Shown here: one piece after another, positions 46,891-54,513 of the stretch
Layout of the letters: every line of letters begins with the position of its first letter
Position numbering within the stretch: position 1 is the first letter of the stretch
Assembly: GCA_020632415.1 (NCBI GenBank)
Contig: JACKFO010000002.1
Span: 228,605-292,604 of the forward strand
Reading direction: 5' to 3'
Length of the DNA: 64,000 nucleotides
From: Candidatus Nomurabacteria bacterium
GTDB taxonomy: Bacteria; Patescibacteriota; Patescibacteriia; UBA1558; GWA2-36-10
The notes under the pieces: model-generated
What the model was told of the DNA's origin: nothing
The model's input: the letters and a program-made list of their open reading frames with translations, nothing else
The model's database searches: none
Translations under genes and position numbers: made by a program

Positions 46891-47082
46891 ATGTGTCACC
46901 CCAACTATGCGGAAATCACTGAGGTCAAAAGAATTTTTGACCCCGTGGTTCGTGAAACCAGTCGCGTCAACGAAGCGCCGCAGGAGGTCAACAATCTTCT
47001 TCGAGATCCCAACTGGCATCTCTTGGACTTTCTGGCCTGCGGTGATCATCTGATTTGGATCTTGGGTAAAACCAAAGACTAG
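46891..47082 (+). CDS. Candidate small protein (63 aa) in GC-rich islet; alternatively a structured ncRNA of about 280 nt
   Basis: MCHPNYAEITEVKRIFDPVVRETSRVNEAPQEVNNLLRDPNWHLLDFLACGDHLIWILGKTKD; SD-like AAGGA 12 nt upstream; G+C about 50% against 30% flanks; bracketed by promoter and terminator. Confidence 0.3.
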   Translation: MCHPNYAEITEVKRIFDPVVRETSRVNEAPQEVNNLLRDPNWHLLDFLACGDHLIWILGKTKD

Positions 47083-47104
47083 GCGAAGCTCATGATTTTC
47101 AAAT

Positions 47105-47137
47105 CAAAGACCAACCCGACGAGGTTGGTTTTTTATT
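47105..47137. terminator. Rho-independent terminator (serves islet transcript; also fits the minus-strand NUDIX gene)
   Basis: AAAGACCAACC-cgacgag-GGTTGGTTTTTTATTT. Confidence 0.7.
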
Positions 47138-47528
47138 TAATAAACCCAAAGTGTTTGAGTGTCGGAATAATATTTAGTGCCAAATTATCTGGCAAATCAT
47201 CTATGTCAAACCATTGCCATTCTCTAATATCTTCACCGGGTTTTATCTCTCCAATTTTTTCTGCTAGCCAATGAACTAAAATCACATCGATCTTAACATC
47301 GGCCATTTCTTTAGTCGTGTAAGTAATAAATGGTCTAGGATTAGTGATTTTTATTTCAATCCCCATTTCTTCTTTGACTTCTCGAGCGGCAGCTTCTTGC
47401 AAATTTTGGTCATAATCCTCTACTTTCCCACCACAAAATTTCCAAAATTCAGTGTCGCCATGTTGGTTAAGTAATACTTTATTATCTTCGACAATAACGG
47501 GTCCAGAAGCAATGATTATTTTTTGCAT
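47133..47528 (-). CDS. NUDIX hydrolase
   Basis: 131 aa; Nudix box GGKVEDYDQNLQEAAAREVKEEMGI. Confidence 0.8.
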   Translation of the reverse strand: MQKIIIASGPVIVEDNKVLLNQHGDTEFWKFCGGKVEDYDQNLQEAAAREVKEEMGIEIKITNPRPFITYTTKEMADVKIDVILVHWLAEKIGEIKPGEDIREWQWFDIDDLPDNLALNIIPTLKHFGFIK

Positions 47529-47530
47529 AA

Positions 47531-49027
47531 TTATCTACCAATTTTAAATATCTCTGCTTTTTCCAAAGCCTTACTAGCTAGTTTGATTCTTTCAGGGGTT
47601 CTGGCATACAAAGTAAATAGACGTTCACCTTTTTTGACGTGATCTCCATATTCTTTGTTTAAATACACACCACCAAGTTTATCTGCTGGCGCGCCCAAAA
47701 TACGAGCCACGGTATTGATCATTTTATTGTCAGTAAAAGTAATGTGGCCAGATTTATTTGAATTAAAATATTTTTTATGGGCTGCTAACACTATGTCATC
47801 TGGCTCAATTTCCGGATTACCACCTTGAGCTTTGATAATTTCCTGCATCTTTTTCCAAGCCTGGCCGCTTTCTAGGGTTTTCCACGCCAAAGTCGCTCCG
47901 TGGCCTTTTTTGGCACGACCTGCAAGCTCTAGCAGCTCTCCAGCCAAATGAATCGCCTTATTGGCTAAATCTGCTGGATAATTTGCTTTTTGCTGTAAGA
48001 CTCTTAAAACATCTCTGGCTTCTAAGGCTGGGCCAACACCCTTACCAACTGGATCTTCGGTCTGGATCATAATCACTTTAATTTTGATACCAAACTTTTT
48101 AGCAATATATTTAAATTTTGTTTCCAAATCTTTGGCAGTTTTCATGTCAGGAATTTTAGTTGTCTTCCCAACCGGCATATCAATGATCAAATGAGTCACG
48201 CCAGTAGCTACTTTTTTAGCCATAATACTGACTAACATTTTGCTATAAGGTTCCAAAGAAAGTGGATAAGAAACTTTCAAAATTTTATCGTCAGCTGGTG
48301 CTAAATTTAAACCACCGCCCCAAACCAAACAGCCTTTGTGTTTTTTGACAATCTCTTTGATCTTGGCAGCTGGAAAAGATACCGGCGCTAAAACTTCCAT
48401 GGTGTCTGAAGTGCCGGCCGGCGAAGTGATTGCTCGCGAAGAAGTTTTGGGAATAGTTAATCCCAAAGAAGCAATAATTGGAATCACAACCATTGTTGTT
48501 CTATTTCCAGCTAATCCGCCAACAGAATGTTTGTCCACCACCATTCCTGGAAATTTGAAAGTTTCGCCAGTTTCCGCCATGGCCTTAGTCATGAAATATA
48601 ATTCTTCATTAGAATATTCACGCATAAAGCCAGAAGCAACGAAATAAGTTGTTTCCGTACGAGTCAAAACACCAGAAGAAATGTCAGCGAAAATTTGATA
48701 AAACTCTTGATAAGTTAATTTTTTACCCAAAAGCCTTTTCTTAATCGCCTGAACTGATGGCGCTCTCTCTAAAAAATGAATTTCCACAATAGTATTTGCC
48801 GAAATTTTGCTTTTTTCCCAAATATCTTTGTACAAGCCAATTTGTCCGGGCTTGATAGTTTTGGCAGAAGTATTTGCTTCGGCAATAATATTTTTGTCTT
48901 GCCAACAAATTTTTATTTTATCACCAGCGCGAATACCATAACGCATGGCCTCATCAACGTTTAATAAAGCAATGTTTGATTGTCCGGTTTTAATATCAAG
49001 TTTTTTTATTTTTAAATAGTAGGCCAT
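47531..49027 (-). CDS. AMP phosphorylase-like enzyme (thymidine/pyrimidine-nucleoside phosphorylase family with N-terminal extension)
   Basis: 498 aa; family motifs VDKHSVGGLAGNRTTMVV and TSSRAITSPAGTSDTMEVL; length and N-terminal extension favour AMP phosphorylase over thymidine phosphorylase. Confidence 0.6.
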   Translation of the reverse strand: MAYYLKIKKLDIKTGQSNIALLNVDEAMRYGIRAGDKIKICWQDKNIIAEANTSAKTIKPGQIGLYKDIWEKSKISANTIVEIHFLERAPSVQAIKKRLLGKKLTYQEFYQIFADISSGVLTRTETTYFVASGFMREYSNEELYFMTKAMAETGETFKFPGMVVDKHSVGGLAGNRTTMVVIPIIASLGLTIPKTSSRAITSPAGTSDTMEVLAPVSFPAAKIKEIVKKHKGCLVWGGGLNLAPADDKILKVSYPLSLEPYSKMLVSIMAKKVATGVTHLIIDMPVGKTTKIPDMKTAKDLETKFKYIAKKFGIKIKVIMIQTEDPVGKGVGPALEARDVLRVLQQKANYPADLANKAIHLAGELLELAGRAKKGHGATLAWKTLESGQAWKKMQEIIKAQGGNPEIEPDDIVLAAHKKYFNSNKSGHITFTDNKMINTVARILGAPADKLGGVYLNKEYGDHVKKGERLFTLYARTPERIKLASKALEKAEIFKIGR

Positions 49028-49029
49028 AA

Positions 49030-50778
49030 TTAAAATTTTATTACTTCTCCTGGTTTTAAAGTTTTTTCTTGACTGTTGTTTTGAGCACTAGTATTTACTG
49101 GTGGAATTTTATTTAAGTTGGGATTCATTTTTAAAGCTTCTGACAAAGAAATAAAACCATCTTCTTTGTCTTCAATCTCTTCTTTTTTGTCTGCATTTTC
49201 AGAAACAATTTTAATATTTTTTGGTGAAGGTATCTTTCCTTGTTTGGATAAATTTAAACATTCTTTACAATAAATTGGTTTGTTCGGATCTGGATCAAAG
49301 TTGATTTCCGTCTCTTTGCCACAAAAAGAACAAATCACGTCTTTTTTAAAACCTTTATTTTTAGATTTCGATCTTTTGTTATCTTTATTCTCTTTTGATT
49401 TATTTGTGGTTTCTGCAGTCTTTTCTTTTGGTTTTGAATTTAAAGTAGAGTTAGCATTTGTTTTTGCTTTAGCTTTTACTTCTTCATCAATTTCTGACTT
49501 ATTTTCACTCCAACGAGTAATTTTTTCTTCAATTAATTCCCTTGGTTTAGCATAACGCTCTCGTGAAACAGAAATTACCTTACTTCTCACCTCAGGATTG
49601 CTATAAGAAACATCTATTGGTGGCAAAGTTTTCGCAGAAAAAGCCTCAGAGGCTACGCCATCGATCATTAGCTTCAAATAAACTTCATATTTAGTCAAAT
49701 TGACGAGATCAGTTTGCGTAAAATGTGGAAAAAATTCTTTTTCTAAAAATTCAGCATCAGTAGCGCCTACCCGAAAAGAAACTAGAGTCCCGACATTACC
49801 AAAAACCGCAGCTTGCACAGCTTCTTCCACTTGTTCAATGTATTGGTGGGCTAAAATTAAATTTAAACGATATTTTCTAGCTTCTGACAAAATGCCAGCA
49901 AAAGATTCAGTAGCAAAATTTTGAAACTCATCGACATAAAGATAAAAATCTTTACGTTCATTTTCAGGAATATTTACACGACTCATTGCCGCTAGTTGCA
50001 ATTTGGTAATCATCATTGCTCCTAACAAAGCTGAATTGTCCTCGCCAACTCTACCTTTGGCTAAATTTAAAAGTAAAATCTTTTGACCATCCATAATTTC
50101 TCGCATCGCAAAAGAAGATTTTACTTGACCCAAAATATTTCGAACTAAAGCAGAAGATAAAAATCTGCCAACCTTATTTTGAATCGGGGCAATTGCTTCA
50201 CTTTGAAAACGATCAGGATATTTAGAATATTCATCCACCCAAAATGATCTAACTACTGGGTCAGTGACTTTTTCTAAAACTCGATTACGAAAGGATTTGT
50301 CTACCAAAATTCTCATGATCCCCAACAAAGTTGAACCAGGATATTCAAGCAAAGCCGAAATCGCATGATGCAAAACATACTCTAAACGAGGTCCCCAGGA
50401 ATCAGCCCAAATTTTCTTGAAAACACCGATCAAACCAGAAACCACCAAATGTCTTTCAGCTTCATTGACGTTTTCCAAAACATTGAAAGCAATCGGAAAA
50501 TCCAAATCAGAAGGATTAAAATAAACAACGTCATTGATTCGAGATGCTGGAATAAAATCAATCACCTTTTCTACCAAATCACCATGAGGATCAATCACAC
50601 AAACACCATGACCGGCTTGAATATCCTGAATAATCATGTTCTCTAGAGCCGTTGATTTGCCCATGCCAGTTTTTCCAATAAAATACATATGACGACGTCG
50701 ATCGTCAGTTTTGATTCCAAATTTAACTTTGGAATTACGGAAATTAGTTTGAGCAAAAAAATTAATATCTTGACTCAT
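49030..50778 (-). CDS. FtsK-HerA superfamily P-loop ATPase, TraD/VirD4(T4CP)/HerA-like, with C-terminal Lys-rich linker and zinc ribbon
   Basis: 582 aa; Walker A GKTGMGKS, DPHGD motif, Walker B YLYVDEFQNF, ARKYRLNLILAHQ; C-terminal CSFCGKE...CKEC; paralogous to the C-terminal half of 60490-62931. Confidence 0.6.
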   Translation of the reverse strand: MSQDINFFAQTNFRNSKVKFGIKTDDRRRHMYFIGKTGMGKSTALENMIIQDIQAGHGVCVIDPHGDLVEKVIDFIPASRINDVVYFNPSDLDFPIAFNVLENVNEAERHLVVSGLIGVFKKIWADSWGPRLEYVLHHAISALLEYPGSTLLGIMRILVDKSFRNRVLEKVTDPVVRSFWVDEYSKYPDRFQSEAIAPIQNKVGRFLSSALVRNILGQVKSSFAMREIMDGQKILLLNLAKGRVGEDNSALLGAMMITKLQLAAMSRVNIPENERKDFYLYVDEFQNFATESFAGILSEARKYRLNLILAHQYIEQVEEAVQAAVFGNVGTLVSFRVGATDAEFLEKEFFPHFTQTDLVNLTKYEVYLKLMIDGVASEAFSAKTLPPIDVSYSNPEVRSKVISVSRERYAKPRELIEEKITRWSENKSEIDEEVKAKAKTNANSTLNSKPKEKTAETTNKSKENKDNKRSKSKNKGFKKDVICSFCGKETEINFDPDPNKPIYCKECLNLSKQGKIPSPKNIKIVSENADKKEEIEDKEDGFISLSEALKMNPNLNKIPPVNTSAQNNSQEKTLKPGEVIKF

Positions 50779-50783
50779 ATTTT

Positions 50784-52295
50784 TTAACCAGTAGGCAAAT
50801 TAGTTGGCGGCTCACCTTTTTTATCAGCCAACTGCTTTGTAATTTGTTTTTGTTTAAATTCTTCTTTATTTTTAGCAAATTTTTCTTCAAAATAATCATT
50901 ATCTAAATTGACATTAAAATCGGGCTTTTTATTTAGCTGAATTTTTAAATCCTGACTAACCCGATCGTTATCATTGCCACTCATAGAAATTGGCAAACCA
51001 GAAGGAGCTTCGCCTTTTTTGGTATCAGTACGCTTTAGAAGCGGTGTTCTGACTTCAATTCCTGGGAAGTGCCAAAGACTCGCAAGCTCTTCTGTATTTA
51101 AAATAAAGGTTTTATACCCAGCTACTGTACTTCTGCCTTTATAAGCTTTGATAATTTTGGCTTTTCGTTTTTTATTGCGATATTTAGTAAACCAATAATT
51201 TGTCGAAGTCTTAGTTTTTGCGTCAGGCTTAAAACTATTTAAATCAAGGGTAGAAAATTGTTTAATTGCTCCAAAAACCGAAGAAACTACTCGATTAGGA
51301 TTATAGTCTTCATTTGGCGACAAATAAACTAAACGAATTTTACAGTCAAAGCCTATTTTACCAGCTTTATTTTCAATTGCTTCTAAGGTTCCCTTTTCTC
51401 CTGGAGTCAAGTGAAGCATCAAGCTTGGCATGTCGTCTTTTTTCTTTTCCGCTTCCTTCCAAAGTGGAAAAATAAATTCGCCAATATTATCCATGGCATT
51501 GGTAATAAAATCAACAGACTGCGTAGCTTTATTTCCACCGCTGTCAGGCATTTTTTTACCAGCAATTTTATAAGCTGCTTCCTCGCTTTTTTTGATCCAA
51601 TCCACTCCGGTTGGGCGGACAATAATTTGAAGCCAAACTTGTTCACCAATGTGAATTTTACTCATCGTCTCCAGCAAAGCTGCTAGCGGATCTTTGTATT
51701 CTCCAGAAACCTTATCCTCAAAAGCTGGGTAAGTACGAATCGGCAAAGCATCTTCTTTAACCAAGACAACTTCTGTGCCCCAAATATTATAATCTTCGTC
51801 AGGATATTCTTCTGGCGCCCAATTAACATAATCATCAACTTCAGTAATTTCAGCATCCGGATACTGAGAATAAATCGAACTTTCGATCACATCGCGGTAT
51901 TGCACTGGAGTACGAATCAAAAACTGCACATAGCCATCGATACTAACGATTTCAAAAGAAAAAGCTAATTGAAAAATACCTTTAACATATTGGTCAACTT
52001 TATTAATATTAGCATGCGCTCCAGAAACGGTAGAAAATAAACCCTCAACTGCCTTTGGTGTTTGTTCATGTTCTTTAGGGATATCAACGGCCAACAAAAC
52101 AAATTTATTTGTGTCAAACCATTTATTCTGTTTTTCCATGATCCAAACCTCATAACCTTGAGTGATCAAGATCCAAGCCAAAGGAATCCAACCGCCATGA
52201 GCGATAATATACCACAAAGCAAAAATAGGCCCCTTGTCAGCAGCAATAAATAATGGTGATAAATCAATCACTAAATTTAAAAATTCTATCTGCAT
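50784..52295 (-). CDS. Membrane-anchored partner protein; homologous to the N-terminal half of the 813-aa fused ATPase
   Basis: 503 aa; two N-terminal TM helices; segments align with residues about 60-400 of the 60490-62931 protein. Confidence 0.5.
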   Translation of the reverse strand: MQIEFLNLVIDLSPLFIAADKGPIFALWYIIAHGGWIPLAWILITQGYEVWIMEKQNKWFDTNKFVLLAVDIPKEHEQTPKAVEGLFSTVSGAHANINKVDQYVKGIFQLAFSFEIVSIDGYVQFLIRTPVQYRDVIESSIYSQYPDAEITEVDDYVNWAPEEYPDEDYNIWGTEVVLVKEDALPIRTYPAFEDKVSGEYKDPLAALLETMSKIHIGEQVWLQIIVRPTGVDWIKKSEEAAYKIAGKKMPDSGGNKATQSVDFITNAMDNIGEFIFPLWKEAEKKKDDMPSLMLHLTPGEKGTLEAIENKAGKIGFDCKIRLVYLSPNEDYNPNRVVSSVFGAIKQFSTLDLNSFKPDAKTKTSTNYWFTKYRNKKRKAKIIKAYKGRSTVAGYKTFILNTEELASLWHFPGIEVRTPLLKRTDTKKGEAPSGLPISMSGNDNDRVSQDLKIQLNKKPDFNVNLDNDYFEEKFAKNKEEFKQKQITKQLADKKGEPPTNLPTG

Positions 52296-52398
52296 TAGAT
52301 TATCTTATCTTTATTATACATTATTATTGCAAGTTTTTAAAGAATAAGGCAATACAAAAACATCCTCTTAAAATAAAAGGATGTTTTTAAAATTTAAT

Positions 52399-53502
52399 TT
52401 AAGCATTTTTGAGGAAATATCTACCTTTACTATCTCTTTCAAAGCGGTCTTTATTCATCAGAGCCAAAGTAATCGTCGTTTCTTTAATCATTCTTTTCTT
52501 TAAAACTTCAGCGATAATTTCTTTTTTACTCAATGGTCTATCTTGTTCGATTAAAATTTCAGCAATTACATCTGCAACGACGCCTGGTTTATAACCCCAT
52601 TCTTTTAAGGCATAAATACCACGACCAACCAAGACATATTTATCATCCAAAATTAATTCATTATGAATAGTTGCAGGATAAGCCTTTCTTTTATCAAAGG
52701 ATTTTGAGTTAATAATTTCAGCGATCTCTGTAAAATGTAATGGTTTATTTTCTTTTTTCAAGACAATGTAGATTTTGTCATTCATTCTCTTCGGGGTAAT
52801 ACTTGGCCATTCAGTTAAACCCCATTCTTGATAAGGATTGTCTTTAATTTTCTTGGTAATATCCAAAAAGTTGACTACCATTTTTTCAGTCAGATCATCG
52901 TTAGAGGTAAAAAAATCAGCTTCTGAAACATTTTTAACTAATTTTTCAAGCTCTAATGCTTCTTTGTATTCTAAAATTAATTGGCGTAAATTTTCAATAA
53001 CCTCTTCAAAAAAATCAAGAGAAGCTTCTGGGGTTTTCCAAAAACTATGATTATGTTTGTTTTCTTTGACAAAATGAAAACGATGATTTAAAAGTTGACT
53101 CAAGACAAAATTAATCGCAGCTTTGTTTTCATCAGTTACACCAGGAACCATCAATAATTCTTTAATCAAACTTTCTTCAGACATCATGCCGCCATGCTCA
53201 GCTAAAATAGCGTTGGCAATATCTTCAATTTGTTTGATAAAATTTTCATCAAAACTTTTACTGATTTTTTTCAAAGCACTATTTTCAATTTGACGCACTC
53301 TTTCACGAGTGATTTTGTATTGACCACCGATGTCTTCTAGGGTTTTTTTATCAGCTCCAGCCAAACCATGTCGCATTTTCAAAATCTCTTGCTCACGTTC
53401 GGAAAGCAGGCCTAAAATACGCTCGACAGTAGCGCTGGGATTAAATTCGGCTAAATGAGATAACTGTTGTGCAGTCATTACTTGATCTAAAATTGAACTC
53501 AT
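52399..53502 (-). CDS. Protein with N-terminal sigma-70 region 4 (HTH) domain and about 280-aa uncharacterised C-terminal domain
   Basis: 367 aa; residues about 30-80 LSEREQEILKMRHGLAGADKKTLEDIGGQYKITRERVRQIENSALKKI match region 4.2; no regions 2 or 3 detectable. Confidence 0.55.
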   Translation of the reverse strand: MSSILDQVMTAQQLSHLAEFNPSATVERILGLLSEREQEILKMRHGLAGADKKTLEDIGGQYKITRERVRQIENSALKKISKSFDENFIKQIEDIANAILAEHGGMMSEESLIKELLMVPGVTDENKAAINFVLSQLLNHRFHFVKENKHNHSFWKTPEASLDFFEEVIENLRQLILEYKEALELEKLVKNVSEADFFTSNDDLTEKMVVNFLDITKKIKDNPYQEWGLTEWPSITPKRMNDKIYIVLKKENKPLHFTEIAEIINSKSFDKRKAYPATIHNELILDDKYVLVGRGIYALKEWGYKPGVVADVIAEILIEQDRPLSKKEIIAEVLKKRMIKETTITLALMNKDRFERDSKGRYFLKNA

Positions 53503-53532
53503 AATTTTATCTTGAATTTTTAATTCCTCACC

Positions 53533-53561
53533 ATAATAACATATTTATAAAAAAAAGTCAA
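53533..53561 (-). promoter_or_regulatory. Sigma-70-type promoter (minus strand) TTGACT-17-TATTAT for the region-4 protein gene
   Basis: Minus-strand reading: gggTTGACTtttttttataaatatgtTATTATggtg. Confidence 0.45.
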
Positions 53562-53615
53562 CCCCATTTTTACAAATAGGGCGACTTGACAAAATATAGC
53601 TAAAATTAGCCTAAA

Positions 53616-54509
53616 TTATGAATTTTTGTTCCACCAAACCAAAAGTGGTGAGGCAATGAAAATCGAAGAATAAGTACCAACAATCACGCCTAAAATCAAA
53701 GCCAAAACGAAATATTGAATGCTCTGACCACCAAAAATATAGATTGCTAGCAAGACCAAAAGCGTAGTTAAGGAAGTATTAATCGAGCGAATAATAGTTT
53801 GATTAACACTAATATTTACAATTTCTGTAAAGCTTTGGTTATGAATTTTAAATAGATTTTCTCGAACTCGATCAAAAGTAACGATCGTATCATGAACAGA
53901 AAAGCCCAAAATCGTCAACAAAGCAGTTACAAATAAAGTGTCAATTTCCACTCCTAAGAAATAACCCAGGATGGCAAACACGCCGGTAACGATTAAAATG
54001 TCATGCACTAAAGCAGCGATTGCAGCCAAACCATATTTCCAAGAAGCAACTGGTTTAGAGACCTTTCTAAAGGCATAAGCAATATAAGCAACAATGAAAA
54101 TCAAAACAATAATAATTGCCTCAATGGCTTTACTCTTTAATTCTTGACCAATAGTTGGACCAACAGATTCAAATCTTTGTTCTTCCACTAAACCAGAGTC
54201 GGGAGCGCTAGATTTTAGCTGATTAAGAACGACTTGATGTTTATCTTCATCGACATTTTCAAAACGTAAGATAAAAATGTTATCACCACTTGGTTGAACT
54301 TTGACATTGTTTAAATCTATCTGCGCCAAACTCTCCTCTATTTGAGTAATTTCTGGACGATTGTTTTCATAAGATATCTCTAACAAACTACCACCGGTAA
54401 AATCAATTCCTAACTTCAAACCCCAAATTACTAGAGCAAGAATACTGATGGCCATTAGGAATCCAGAAATTGAAAACCAAATTTTTTTTGAATCAATAAT
54501 ATTATACAT
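53616..54509 (-). CDS. secF: Protein-export membrane protein SecF
   Basis: 297 aa; SecF N-terminus KKIWFSISGFLMAISI..GIDFTGG; six TM segments. Confidence 0.85.
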   Translation of the reverse strand: MYNIIDSKKIWFSISGFLMAISILALVIWGLKLGIDFTGGSLLEISYENNRPEITQIEESLAQIDLNNVKVQPSGDNIFILRFENVDEDKHQVVLNQLKSSAPDSGLVEEQRFESVGPTIGQELKSKAIEAIIIVLIFIVAYIAYAFRKVSKPVASWKYGLAAIAALVHDILIVTGVFAILGYFLGVEIDTLFVTALLTILGFSVHDTIVTFDRVRENLFKIHNQSFTEIVNISVNQTIIRSINTSLTTLLVLLAIYIFGGQSIQYFVLALILGVIVGTYSSIFIASPLLVWWNKNS

Positions 54510-54513
54510 AATT

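Noticed and set aside
46835-47053. 72-aa ORF in the second GC islet (MFNIKSRSFRSLQIRNKRPCVTPTMRKS...)
   Set aside because: It is Arg/Ser-rich and non-protein-like, with no SD. The overlapping 46891-47082 frame is more plausible. Both may be by-products of a GC-rich structured RNA.
49030-50778. Calling the ATPase specifically VirB4 or specifically VirD4 and declaring a type IV secretion system
   Set aside because: The motifs (GxTGxGKS, DPHGD, DEFQNF, ARKY..L.LAHQ) are shared across TraD/TrwB, VirD4, VirB4-like and HerA/DUF87 branches of the FtsK-HerA superfamily. No VirB6/VirB8, relaxase or other T4SS components are visible in the window. Only a superfamily-level call is justified without HMM searches.
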